Of a stretch of 64,000 nt of DNA, positions 42,078-51,432 are shown piece by piece. The notes below the pieces were generated by a model. The model worked only from the letters and a program-made list of their open reading frames with translations, was not told where the DNA came from and did no database searches. The stretch's first letter is position 1. Each line of letters starts with the position of its first letter. The translations under genes and the position numbers were made by a program. This stretch comes from Vicinamibacterales bacterium (GTDB taxonomy: Bacteria; Acidobacteriota; Vicinamibacteria; Vicinamibacterales; SCN-69-37), in NCBI GenBank assembly GCA_030827135.1, contig JAURFE010000002.1, positions 146,715 through 210,714 of the forward strand, given 5' to 3'.

Positions 42078-42938
42078 ATGGCCACCCCCGAGCAGGTCTC
42101 GGTCGTTCTTCCCGCGTTCAACGAGGCTGAGGCCATCGGTGACGTGGTGCGCGACCTTGCGGCGTCGGCCCCATGGCACGAAATTCTGGTGATCGATGAC
42201 GGATCAACCGACGACACGGCGGCCGCCGCCACCGCTGCGGGTGCGCGCGTCATTCGGCAGCCGTACAACAAGGGGAACGGCGCAGCCGTGAAGGCCGGTA
42301 TCCGCGCCGCGACCGGCGAATATCTGCTGATCGTTGATGGGGACGGACAACATCAACCCGCCGATGCCGTGAGGCTTACGGCCTTCCTCGGCGAGTACGA
42401 TCTGGTGGTCGGCGCGCGAACGTCGGAGACCCACGCGAGTCTCACGCGACGCCTGGGCAACGCGGCCTTGAACGGACTCGCCGGTTATCTCACCGGCCAG
42501 CCGATTCCGGATTTGACGTCGGGCTTTCGCGCCGCACGACTCGACTATCTGCGCGAGATCCTGTTTCTGCTGCCAAACGGCTTTTCGACCCCCACGACCA
42601 CCACACTCGCCTTCATCAAGGCCGGGCACAGTGTGCGTTTTGAACCGGTCGAGGCGCGGCAGCGCACCGGCCTCTCCAAGATTCGGCTGTCGAGTGACGG
42701 CGTGAAGTTCCTCGTGATTATGCTGCGCGTCATCACCATCTACAGTCCGATGCGTGTCTTCATGCCCGTCGCGGCGACGGCCTTTGTCCTGGGGACCGGC
42801 TATGCCGCATGGACGATCGCGACGCAGGTGCACGTGACCAACTCGTCGGTCCTGCTGATCATGTTTGCGGTCGTGGTCTTCCTCGTCGGCCTGGTCTCTG
42901 AGCAGATTTCGACGCAACGTTTCGATGGCCGTCGCTAG
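42078..42938 (+). CDS. GT2 glycosyltransferase (DPM/ArnC-like) with C-terminal TM pair
   Basis: VVLPAFNEA, DDGSTD, NKGNGAA, DGDGQH, DLTSGFR. Confidence 0.88.
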   Translation: MATPEQVSVVLPAFNEAEAIGDVVRDLAASAPWHEILVIDDGSTDDTAAAATAAGARVIRQPYNKGNGAAVKAGIRAATGEYLLIVDGDGQHQPADAVRLTAFLGEYDLVVGARTSETHASLTRRLGNAALNGLAGYLTGQPIPDLTSGFRAARLDYLREILFLLPNGFSTPTTTTLAFIKAGHSVRFEPVEARQRTGLSKIRLSSDGVKFLVIMLRVITIYSPMRVFMPVAATAFVLGTGYAAWTIATQVHVTNSSVLLIMFAVVVFLVGLVSEQISTQRFDGRR

Positions 42939-43698
42939 TCCAGCCTCAGGCGCCCCGCCGCCAGCCATGCTGGTGGTGATGCCGACGTACAACGAACGCG
43001 CGAATCTCGAACCGGTCGTTGCCGGCATCCTCGTGCATCCGTTCACCCGTGTGCTGATCGTCGACGACGGGTCGCCCGACGGCACAGGCGCGCTGGCCGA
43101 CGAACTGGCCGTGCTGCATCCCGGACGTGTCGAGGTCATGCATCGCACGGGACCGCGCGGTCTCGGCCTGTCGTACATCGACGGGCTGCGGCACGCGATC
43201 GCCGGCGGCGCCGAGACCATCTGCCAGATGGACGCTGACCTGTCGCACGATCCGGCGGCCCTGCCGCAGTTGTCGGCCGCGCTGCAGCATCACGACCTCG
43301 TCATCGGATCGCGCTATCTCAATGGCGCGATCAGTGTCGTGAACTGGCCACTGCACCGCATCATGTTGTCGGCGTTCGCCAACCGCTATATCCGCGCGGT
43401 CACTGGCCTGGCGCCGCGGGACTGCACCAGCGCCTACCGCGCCTGGCGCCGGTCTCTGCTCGCCCGGTTGCCGCTGCAGCACGCCCGCACGAGCGGCTAC
43501 GCATTTCTGCCGGAAATGCTCGTGGAAGCGGCCCGCCTGGGCGGCCGTATCGGAGAGGTGCCGATTCTTTTTGTGGAGCGACGGGCCGGTGTGTCGAAAC
43601 TGTCGCTGCCTGTCCTGCTCGAATCGTTGCTGGTGCCGTGGCAGCTCGTGCTGCGCGGCGGCCGCGTCCGGCGCCCTGGCCGACCTCATCGCGGATAG
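42925..43698 (+). CDS. Polyprenol-phosphate mannose synthase-like GT2
   Basis: MPTYNERANL, DDGSPDGTG, MDADLSHDP, GSRY, DCTSAYR, EVPILFVERRAGVSK. Start 42925 or 42967. Confidence 0.88.
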   Translation: MAVASPASGAPPPAMLVVMPTYNERANLEPVVAGILVHPFTRVLIVDDGSPDGTGALADELAVLHPGRVEVMHRTGPRGLGLSYIDGLRHAIAGGAETICQMDADLSHDPAALPQLSAALQHHDLVIGSRYLNGAISVVNWPLHRIMLSAFANRYIRAVTGLAPRDCTSAYRAWRRSLLARLPLQHARTSGYAFLPEMLVEAARLGGRIGEVPILFVERRAGVSKLSLPVLLESLLVPWQLVLRGGRVRRPGRPHRG

Positions 43699-43715
43699 AA
43701 TGTCATCCGTCCGCC

Positions 43716-44441
43716 ATGGCTCACGGTCTCAGCATCTTCTTTCCCGCCTACAACGACTGCGGCACGATCGCCAGTCTGGTGATCACCGCGCGTGCCTCCG
43801 CGCAGAAATTGACGGACGACTTCGAGATTCTCATCATCAACGACGGCAGCGCCGACTACACGGCTGCAATCGCGGACGAGCTCGCGTATACCTATCCGGA
43901 AGTCCGGGTGATCCACCATCCCGTCAATCGCGGGTACGGCGGCGCATTGCGCAGCGGCTTTTCGCAGGCGCGCAAGGACTTCGTGTTCTACACCGACGGC
44001 GACGCGCAGTACGACCCCGCCGAGATGGAGTTGCTCTGGCCGAAGATGGTGGACGGCGTGGACGTGGTCAACGGCTACAAGATCAGCCGGTCCGACCCAT
44101 TGCACCGCATCATCATCGGGCGGGTCTACCATCACACGGTCAAGATTCTGTTCGGCTTGTCGGTGCGCGACGTGGACTGCGACTTCCGGCTGATCCGGCG
44201 CTCGGTGTTCGATCGCATCTCGCTGGAACACAACAGCGGCGTCATCTGCCTGGAGCTGATGAAGAAACTCACCGACGCCGGATGCCGGATCGCCGAGGTC
44301 CCCGTCCACCACTACCACCGCGCCTTCGGCAAGTCGCAGTTCTTCAACGTCCCCCGGCTCGTCCACACGCTGCAGGACGTCTTCAGGCTGTGGGTCAAGC
44401 TGGTGGTCGTCGGGGCGCACAGAAAGCGGACCGCCGCATGA
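43716..44441 (+). CDS. GT2 glycosyltransferase (DPM-like)
   Basis: FFPAYND, NDGSAD, NRGYGGALRSG, TDGDAQYD, DVDCDFRL. Confidence 0.88.
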   Translation: MAHGLSIFFPAYNDCGTIASLVITARASAQKLTDDFEILIINDGSADYTAAIADELAYTYPEVRVIHHPVNRGYGGALRSGFSQARKDFVFYTDGDAQYDPAEMELLWPKMVDGVDVVNGYKISRSDPLHRIIIGRVYHHTVKILFGLSVRDVDCDFRLIRRSVFDRISLEHNSGVICLELMKKLTDAGCRIAEVPVHHYHRAFGKSQFFNVPRLVHTLQDVFRLWVKLVVVGAHRKRTAA

Positions 44442-45460
44442 GCGACTACCGTGCGTTCTACCGGCACCGCCGGGTGATGATCACCGGCGGACTCGGCTTC
44501 ATCGGGTCCAACCTCGCGCGGCACCTGGTGGATCTGGGCGCCGACGTCCTGCTCGTGGATTCGCTCATCCCCGACTACGGCGGCAACCTCTTCAATATCG
44601 ACGGGCTGGAATCGCGCGTGCGCGTAAACGTGGCGGACGTTCGCCAGGCCACGACCATGAACTATCTGGTGCGCGACCGCGAGGTCATCTTCAACCTCGC
44701 CGGCCAGGTCAGCCACATCGACAGCATGCGGGACCCCGGCACCGATCTCGACATCAACTGCCGCAGCCAGCTGACGCTGCTCGAGGCCTGCCGGCGCCAC
44801 AATCCTGACGCCAAGGTCGTCTACGCCAGCACGCGGCAGATCTATGGGCGGCCCGAGCGACTCCCCGTCGATGAGACCCACCTCGTGCGCCCGACCGACA
44901 TCAACGGCATCAACAAAGCCGCCGGCGAACAGTACCACCTCGTCTACAACAACGTATTCGGAGTGCGCGCCTGCTCGCTCCGTCTCACCAACATCTACGG
45001 ACCACGCCAGCTCATTCGCCACAACCGCCAGGGGTTTATCGGCTGGTTCATCCGCCTCGCGCTTGAAGGCGGCGAGATCGAAATCTTCGGCGACGGCTCC
45101 CAACTCCGGGATTTTGTGTATGTGGATGATGCCGCGGATGCGTTCCTGCGGGCCGGGGCCACCGACACCGTCAACGGCGAGGCGCTCAACGTGGGCGGAA
45201 ACGAGCCCATCGCGCACAAGGACCTGGTCGCGATGCTGCTGGACGTCGCCGGCGGCGGGTCCATGCACCTGGCGCCCTGGCCGCCGGAGAAGAAGAAGAT
45301 CGACATCGGCTCCTTCTACTCGGACTCCACCCGGTTCGCGACCGCGACCGGCTGGCAGCCGACGGTGTCGCTGCGTGACGGCTTCGGCCGGACACTCGCA
45401 TTTTATCGCGCGCACCGCGCACACTATGTCGGTGGCGAGGAAGGCAGCCCTGCGGCATGA
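44438..45460 (+). CDS. NAD-dependent nucleotide-sugar epimerase/dehydratase
   Basis: ITGGLGFIGS, FNLAGQ, RLTNIYGP, GDGSQLRDFVYVDD. Catalytic YxxxK appears as NGINK. Confidence 0.88.
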   Translation: MSDYRAFYRHRRVMITGGLGFIGSNLARHLVDLGADVLLVDSLIPDYGGNLFNIDGLESRVRVNVADVRQATTMNYLVRDREVIFNLAGQVSHIDSMRDPGTDLDINCRSQLTLLEACRRHNPDAKVVYASTRQIYGRPERLPVDETHLVRPTDINGINKAAGEQYHLVYNNVFGVRACSLRLTNIYGPRQLIRHNRQGFIGWFIRLALEGGEIEIFGDGSQLRDFVYVDDAADAFLRAGATDTVNGEALNVGGNEPIAHKDLVAMLLDVAGGGSMHLAPWPPEKKKIDIGSFYSDSTRFATATGWQPTVSLRDGFGRTLAFYRAHRAHYVGGEEGSPAA

Positions 45461-46545
45461 GCCCGCCCATCCCCTTCATGTCGCTGGCGCCTGGAGAAGA
45501 TGCGGCCGAGATCCGCGCCGGCATCGATCGCGTCATCGCGCGCGGGTGGTACATCCTCGGCCCGGAACTTGAGGCGTTCGAGGCCGAATTCGCGGCCGCC
45601 GCCGGCGCCACGTATGCGGTCGGGGTGGGCACCGGCACCGATGCCATTGCGCTGACCCTGCGCGCCCTCGGCATCGGCCCCGGCGACGAAGTCATCACCA
45701 GTCCGCTCTCCGCGGCGTACTCCGCGCTCGCGATCATGATGGCCGGCGCGACGCCGGTGTTTGCAGATCTCGACCCGGATCGGCTCACGCTGGATCCGGG
45801 GCGCGTCGACGCGGCCATCACGCCGCGCACCGCGGCCCTGCTGCCCGTCCACCTCTACGGCCAGCCGGCGGACATGACGGCCCTGTCGGCGATCGCGACG
45901 CGAAGAAATCTGGTCATCGTCGAAGACGCGTGCCAGGCCCATCTCGCGACTGCTGCCGGACGCCCTGTCGGGACAATCGGGGCCGCCGGGGCGTTCAGCT
46001 TCTATCCGACAAAGAACCTCGGCGCGCTGGGTGACGCCGGCGCGGTGATCACCAGCGACACGCAGCTCGCGGATCGACTGAAGCGCCTCCGCAATGGCGG
46101 CCAGACGACGCGCTATCTCCACGCAGAATTCGGCGTCAACACCCGGCTCGATGAAATCCAGGCGGCGATCCTCCGCGCCAGGCTGCCTCGACTCGCGGGC
46201 TGGACGACGCGCCGCAGAGCGCTCGCGGCCCGGTATCGGCGGGCCCTGCACGGCGCGCCCGTCATCGTGCCGCCCGAGCAGGATCCTGGACACGTCTACC
46301 ACCTGTTCCCGATCAGGACCAGCCGTCGGCAGGCGTTGCAGGACCACCTGCGGCATCGGGGGATCGAGACACTCATCCACTATCCGATTCCCATTCCGCT
46401 GCAGCCGGCCCTGGCCGGAATCCCGGGTTCCCGGTGCCCGATTGCGGAGCAGGTCTGCGGGGAAGTGTGCTCCCTGCCGCTGCATCCGGCGCTCACTGAC
46501 GCCGACGTCGACCAGGTTGCAGCGGCCGTCCACGCATTTCGCTGA
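45457..46545 (+). CDS. DegT/DnrJ/EryC1/StrS aminotransferase
   Basis: FEAEFA, GDEVIT, PVHLYGQ, EDACQAH, FSFYPTKNLGALGDAG, NTRLDEIQAA, SLPLHP. Confidence 0.93.
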   Translation: MSPPIPFMSLAPGEDAAEIRAGIDRVIARGWYILGPELEAFEAEFAAAAGATYAVGVGTGTDAIALTLRALGIGPGDEVITSPLSAAYSALAIMMAGATPVFADLDPDRLTLDPGRVDAAITPRTAALLPVHLYGQPADMTALSAIATRRNLVIVEDACQAHLATAAGRPVGTIGAAGAFSFYPTKNLGALGDAGAVITSDTQLADRLKRLRNGGQTTRYLHAEFGVNTRLDEIQAAILRARLPRLAGWTTRRRALAARYRRALHGAPVIVPPEQDPGHVYHLFPIRTSRRQALQDHLRHRGIETLIHYPIPIPLQPALAGIPGSRCPIAEQVCGEVCSLPLHPALTDADVDQVAAAVHAFR

Positions 46546-46607
46546 CCGGCCACCCGCCCCGACGCCTCGTCCAAACAGGCGTACAATGGAACGGACGGGA
46601 GTCAACC

Positions 46608-47339
46608 ATGACCATTCAGCGATTCGGCGTTGTGCTTGCGGCCGGTGTGTTCGCGTGGGGTCTTGCTGCGGTTGGCCCGGTGTCTGTGGCCGCGCAGGCG
46701 CAGGGCCCGCGAAAACTCGACGTCTCGTTTGACAAGGGGTTGGTCACGATCGAGGCCCAGAACGTCACGGTCCGCGAGATCCTTCTGGAGTGGGGCCGCA
46801 AAGGCGGCAGTCGCATCGTCAACGCCGAAAAACTCGCGGGGCCGGTGCTCCCGTTCGTGGAGTTCCGGGCGGAACCCGAAGTCGTGGTGCTGCGCAGCCT
46901 GTTGCGCGACGTCCCCGGTTATGGCGCCGCCCCGCGGCTGACCGACGTGGCCGGTGCCTCGACGATTGAGGCGGTCTTCATACTGGCGACGCGATCGGTG
47001 CCAGTGTCCAGTGCCTCGCCGGTCGGCGCGCCGACGCAGAACAACTCTCCGGCGCAGCAGTTGATGCCGCAGCAGCCCCAGCCGGCGCCGCGCCCGGTGG
47101 AAGGTTCTGTCGATTCCGAGATTCCGCCCGTCCGGCCGATGCAGGGCGAACTGCCCCCGACGACGCCTGGCGCAGCCGCCGCGAATCCGAATTTGCGCAC
47201 CGGTCCGGGCGGCACCGTGACGTCGACGATTCCGGGTGTGGTGATTCCCGGCCCGGCGGGCCCGCCGGCCGGCGGCACAACGCCCCCTCCCACCGGCGGT
47301 CGAGGCCGCGGGGGTGGCGGCGGCGTCCCTTCCGTATAA
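46608..47339 (+). CDS. Secreted protein with a secretin-N0/STN-like domain and Pro/Gly-rich tail
   Basis: Signal peptide, VTIEAQNVTVREILLEWGRKGG, low-complexity C-half; TACAAT and GGGAG upstream. Domain call by eye. Confidence 0.6.
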   Translation: MTIQRFGVVLAAGVFAWGLAAVGPVSVAAQAQGPRKLDVSFDKGLVTIEAQNVTVREILLEWGRKGGSRIVNAEKLAGPVLPFVEFRAEPEVVVLRSLLRDVPGYGAAPRLTDVAGASTIEAVFILATRSVPVSSASPVGAPTQNNSPAQQLMPQQPQPAPRPVEGSVDSEIPPVRPMQGELPPTTPGAAAANPNLRTGPGGTVTSTIPGVVIPGPAGPPAGGTTPPPTGGRGRGGGGGVPSV

Positions 47340-47384
47340 TTCACGGAGAGGGCGCGGCGTCACCATCGTCGGCCTGTCACAGTT

Positions 47385-48428
47385 ATGGCCGACGTCGATT
47401 GTTACCGCCCTGAAGACCGCCGCCACGTCGACGCACTCTATCGTCGCGTCTTCGGCCGTGATGCGGCCGACGCCAATCGTTTGCGTTGGGACTGGCAGTA
47501 CAAACGCAATCCCCATATGCCCGCTGACCGGCCCCTGATTTGGTTGGCCCGCGAAGGCCAGACGGTCGTCGGCCACTGCGCGAGCATGCCGGTACGGCTG
47601 CAGGTGCAGGGCCGCGAAATCGACGCGGCGTGGGGTACCGACGTGATGGTCGCGCCCGAACGCCAGCGACAGGGGCTGGGCGAATTGCTGTTCCGGACCT
47701 GGGATCGGGAGGTGGGCGCCGCACTCGGCCTCGGCCTCTCCGCGTCGTCGTCGCAACTGTTCGCCAAACTTCGATGGCACAACGTCGGACCCGTGCCCTG
47801 CATGGTGAAGCCGCTCACCCGCCGCGCGCTCCGGCGTCCGGGGTGGTCGGTCGGCGCCAATCGACTGCTCTCGGCGCTGACGCTGCCGTGGGTGCGACTG
47901 GTCGCCCGATCGCGCCCGCTTCAGGGCGAGGTGCGGATCGTCCGGCAGTTTGATGGGCGCTTCGATGCGTTCTGGTCGCGGGTGTCGCCGGCATTCGGCC
48001 TCGTCGTCAAACGCGATGCGGCGTACCTCAACTGGAAATTCGCGCAGGCCCCGCACGTGCGATACACGGCAGCCGTGCTGGAACGCGACGGCGAGTTGTC
48101 CGGGTACATCGTGTACCGCCATCTCCAGGAGCCGCGGGGCAAGGTCACGCTGGTGGTGGACTGGCTCACGGCCCCTGACGACCAGGCCGCGTTCCTGACG
48201 TTGCTGCGATGGGTCGACCGCGAGTCGCGCGCCGCCGACTCGGACAAAATCCGTGTCTACGCGACCCATGCCGGCTACCGCAGGGCCTTGCGGCAGTCGG
48301 GCTACTTCGCGGTGAAGTCGGCGATGGAGTTTGTGGCGAAGATCTCCGCGATTGATGTGCCCTCCGCCTTCTATGCGAACACCGACACCTGGCACGTCAC
48401 GCTCGGTGACTCCGATCAGGATCGATGA
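47385..48428 (+). CDS. GNAT-family N-acetyltransferase (two-domain)
   Basis: WQYKRNP, DVMVAPERQRQGLG acetyl-CoA motif, RDAAYLNWKF, TLGDSD. Confidence 0.8.
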   Translation: MADVDCYRPEDRRHVDALYRRVFGRDAADANRLRWDWQYKRNPHMPADRPLIWLAREGQTVVGHCASMPVRLQVQGREIDAAWGTDVMVAPERQRQGLGELLFRTWDREVGAALGLGLSASSSQLFAKLRWHNVGPVPCMVKPLTRRALRRPGWSVGANRLLSALTLPWVRLVARSRPLQGEVRIVRQFDGRFDAFWSRVSPAFGLVVKRDAAYLNWKFAQAPHVRYTAAVLERDGELSGYIVYRHLQEPRGKVTLVVDWLTAPDDQAAFLTLLRWVDRESRAADSDKIRVYATHAGYRRALRQSGYFAVKSAMEFVAKISAIDVPSAFYANTDTWHVTLGDSDQDR

Positions 48429-48447
48429 TCGCGGTATGCTTGGCGCC

Positions 48448-48903
48448 ATGACTCTCGCAGAACGGATCACTCACGACATCACGGACGCCATGCGGCAGCG
48501 CGATCAGGTCGCGTTGGGGCCGCTGCGCATGTTCAAGGCCGCCCTGATGAATCGCGAGGTGGAGAAGGGCCGGGCCCTGGACGAGAGCGAATCGATTCAG
48601 GTCCTCAATCAGCTCGTGAAACAACGTCGCGACTCCATCGAGCAGTTCACCGCCGGGGGCCGGACCGACCTGGCCGACAAGGAACAGGCCGAAGTGACGT
48701 TCCTTGAAAAGTATCTTCCGCCCTCAGCCGACCCGGCAGCCATTGCCGCCGCAATCGAGGCTGCGGTGGTCGAGACCGGAGCCGCGTCCGCCAAGGACAT
48801 GGGCAAGGTGATGAAAGCCGTGACTGCGGCCCTGGCGGGCCAGACGGTGGACGGCAAGGCGCTGGCCGACGCGGTCAAGCGCCGGCTCGCCGGATCCAAC
48901 TGA
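48448..48903 (+). CDS. GatB/YqeY domain protein
   Basis: LAERITHDITDAMR, VKQRRDSIEQF..GGR.DLADKE, KDMGKVM, VDGK. Confidence 0.92.
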   Translation: MTLAERITHDITDAMRQRDQVALGPLRMFKAALMNREVEKGRALDESESIQVLNQLVKQRRDSIEQFTAGGRTDLADKEQAEVTFLEKYLPPSADPAAIAAAIEAAVVETGAASAKDMGKVMKAVTAALAGQTVDGKALADAVKRRLAGSN

Positions 48904-49000
48904 ATGCCTGTGGCCCCCAACACCCGCCAAACTATTTCTCAGGGGCCCGAGTCTAAACCGGGTGAAGGGCACGCAAGTGCCTCTCATCCATCCTCCGGGC

Positions 49001-49038
49001 AGGGGCATCAATCGCAGGGGTTGATGCCCCTTCTTTTT
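49001..49038 (+). terminator. Intrinsic terminator-like hairpin immediately upstream of murJ
   Basis: aggggcatcaa (49001-49011) / ttgatgcccct (49021-49031) followed by tcttttt. Confidence 0.7.
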
Positions 49039-49045
49039 GCCACGC

Positions 49046-50629
49046 ATGTCTGATCGACTGGCGAAGTCGGCCGGCCTGAACAGCCTCGCCACCTTGTCGA
49101 GCCGGCTGCTCGGGGTGGTCCGCGACATGGTGATGGCCGCCCTGTTCGGCACGACCATGGCCGCCGACGCGTTCAACATCGCGTCGCGCATCCCCAATCT
49201 CGTCCGGGACCTCTTCGCGGAGGGCGCGATGAGCGCGGCGTTTGTCCCGACGTTCACGCGCCATCTCAAGACGCACGGCCGCGAGGCCGCCTGGCGGCTC
49301 GGCAATCTGGTCATCAATGCGCTCATTGTGGTGACGGGGGGCCTGGTGGTGCTGGGCCTCCTCTTCACCGAGCCGATGCTCCTGCTGCTGGGCGATGACT
49401 TTGCCGCCGCCGACGGCGGTGAAAAGCTGGAACTTACGGTGCTGCTGGCGCGCGTGGTGATGCCGTTCCTGACGCTGGTCGCGGTAGCAGTCGCGCTGGC
49501 GGGCATGCTGAATTCCCTGCGGCGGTTTTTTATTCCCGCGCTGTCGCCGGCCCTCTACAACGTCGCGGTCATCGTCAGTGCGATCACGTTTGTCCCGATC
49601 GCCCAGTGGCTGGGGTGGCATCCCATTCTCGGAATCGCGATTGGCTCGCTGGTCGGCGGGGTCCTGCAGATCGCGGTGCAACTGCCCTCGCTGTATCGGG
49701 AGGGATTCCGGTACCGTCCGATTTTCGATTTCCGTGATCCCGGCCTGCGGGAGATCCTGTTGCTGATGGGACCGGGCACCATCGGCGTCGCTGCGGCCCA
49801 GGTGAATCTGCTGGTCAACACGGCGCTGGCCGCGGGCATCGAGGGGGCCGTCACGTCGCTGCAGTACGCCTTCCGCCTGATGTACCTGCCGATCGGCCTG
49901 TTCGGCGTGGCCATCGCCACGGTCTCGCTGCCCGAGGTGGCGCGCCAGGCCACCGCCGGCGCCTTTGGCGACATGCAGCGCACGATCTCGCGGAGCCTGC
50001 GGATGATGCTCATGTTGAGTGTGCCCGCCACCGTGGGCCTGATGGTGCTCGCCACCCCGATCGTCGCGCTCGTGTTCGAACGAGGCGCGTTTGATGCCAC
50101 CAGCACGCAGGCGACGGCAGCCGCGTTGTTGTTTTATGCGCCGGGCATCCTGGGGTACTCCGTCGTGAAGATTGCGTCGCCCTGCTTCTACGCCATGCGT
50201 GATGCGCGCACGCCGGTGATGGTCAGTCTCGCCACGATTGCGATCAACCTGGTGCTGAACGTGACGCTGGTGCGTGTGATGGGATTCACGGGGCTTGCTC
50301 TCGGCACGGCGATCGCCTCGATGTTTAATGCGACTTTGCTGCTGATGCTGTTGTCGCGGCGACTTGACGGGCTTGAGAACGCCCGCGTTGCGCTGGCGTT
50401 TGTGAAGATTCTCCTGGCGTCTGCAGTCATGGGGGGCGCATCGTACGGCGTCTCGCAGTGGCTGCCTGGCGTGCTGCCTGTCAGCTGGCCTCAGGCTGTG
50501 GTTGAGGCTCTGCGCGTCTTCGCCGCGATCACCGCGGGACTGCTCGTGCTCGCCCTTGCGGCCTGGGCGCTCCGGCTTCGGGAATTCATGGACGCGTGGA
50601 GCCGTGTCCTCGGCCGGCTGCGCCGCTAA
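49046..50629 (+). CDS. murJ: Lipid II flippase MurJ (MviN)
   Basis: SRLLGVVRD, ADAFNIASRIPNLVRDLFAEGAMSAAFVP, YAFRLMYLPIGLFG, FERGAF, DARTP. Confidence 0.96.
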   Translation: MSDRLAKSAGLNSLATLSSRLLGVVRDMVMAALFGTTMAADAFNIASRIPNLVRDLFAEGAMSAAFVPTFTRHLKTHGREAAWRLGNLVINALIVVTGGLVVLGLLFTEPMLLLLGDDFAAADGGEKLELTVLLARVVMPFLTLVAVAVALAGMLNSLRRFFIPALSPALYNVAVIVSAITFVPIAQWLGWHPILGIAIGSLVGGVLQIAVQLPSLYREGFRYRPIFDFRDPGLREILLLMGPGTIGVAAAQVNLLVNTALAAGIEGAVTSLQYAFRLMYLPIGLFGVAIATVSLPEVARQATAGAFGDMQRTISRSLRMMLMLSVPATVGLMVLATPIVALVFERGAFDATSTQATAAALLFYAPGILGYSVVKIASPCFYAMRDARTPVMVSLATIAINLVLNVTLVRVMGFTGLALGTAIASMFNATLLLMLLSRRLDGLENARVALAFVKILLASAVMGGASYGVSQWLPGVLPVSWPQAVVEALRVFAAITAGLLVLALAAWALRLREFMDAWSRVLGRLRR

Positions 50630-50686
50630 AGACGTCGGGTGTCTATTTTCGGTTTCAGCGATGCAAAAAAGACACCCGACGTCTTT
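50628..50686. repeat. Intergenic palindrome related to the mutS2 insert
   Basis: Perfect 17-bp IR aaagacgtcgggtgtct / agacacccgacgtcttt, overlapping the murJ TAA; shares AAAGACGTCGGG...CCCGACGTCTTTTC with 13352-13451. Confidence 0.85.
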
Positions 50687-50706
50687 TCATCGGATAGCAT
50701 CCACCC

Positions 50707-51396
50707 GTGAGCCGCTTTCCCTCACCACCCATGTCGTACTCGATCGGCCCAGGTCCGCTGACGCCGGCCGTCCGGGCGATTATCTACATCAACGTCGGTG
50801 TATACGCGGTGCTGCTGATCCTGAGCGGCTTCGTCACGTGGCTCGGGTTGATTCCGGAACTGGTCGTGACACGCGGCTTCGTGTGGCAGGTCGTCACGTA
50901 TCAGTTTGTGCACACCGAGGTCTTCCACATCCTCTTCAACATGTTGTGGGTCTGGATGTTCGGCGTGGATCTCGAGCGGCGATGGGGCACGGTGCCCTTT
51001 GCGAAGTATTACCTCATCGTGGGCACCACGGCCGGCGTGGCGACGGTGGTGGTCTCGCTGCTGCCCTTTGCCTGGGCCCAGTCGTCGTACTGGGCGGTCA
51101 CCATTGGCGCCTCCGGTGCCGGCTACGGACTGATGCTCGCCTGGGCCATCGTGTTCCCACACCGGTCGATCTACTTTTTCGGGATCGTGCCGATACCGGC
51201 CCGCGTCTTCGCGCTGATTACCGGCGCCATTTCGCTGTCGATGGCCATTTCGTCCGGAGGCAACAGCAATATCGCCCATGTGGCGCACCTCGCGGGCCTG
51301 GGGGCCGGGTGGCTGTATCTGAAGACACCGCGCCCGACATTCCCCTCTGCGCCGCCGCGCCCGCCGCGGCCCGATTACATCCGCCGCGTCCACTGA
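50707..51396 (+). CDS. Rhomboid intramembrane serine protease
   Basis: WQVVTYQFVH, HILFNM, IGASG, AHLAG. Confidence 0.92.
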   Translation: MSRFPSPPMSYSIGPGPLTPAVRAIIYINVGVYAVLLILSGFVTWLGLIPELVVTRGFVWQVVTYQFVHTEVFHILFNMLWVWMFGVDLERRWGTVPFAKYYLIVGTTAGVATVVVSLLPFAWAQSSYWAVTIGASGAGYGLMLAWAIVFPHRSIYFFGIVPIPARVFALITGAISLSMAISSGGNSNIAHVAHLAGLGAGWLYLKTPRPTFPSAPPRPPRPDYIRRVH

Positions 51397-51432
51397 TCGG
51401 CCCTCTCGGCCGGTATAGAATTGAAGCCCGAG

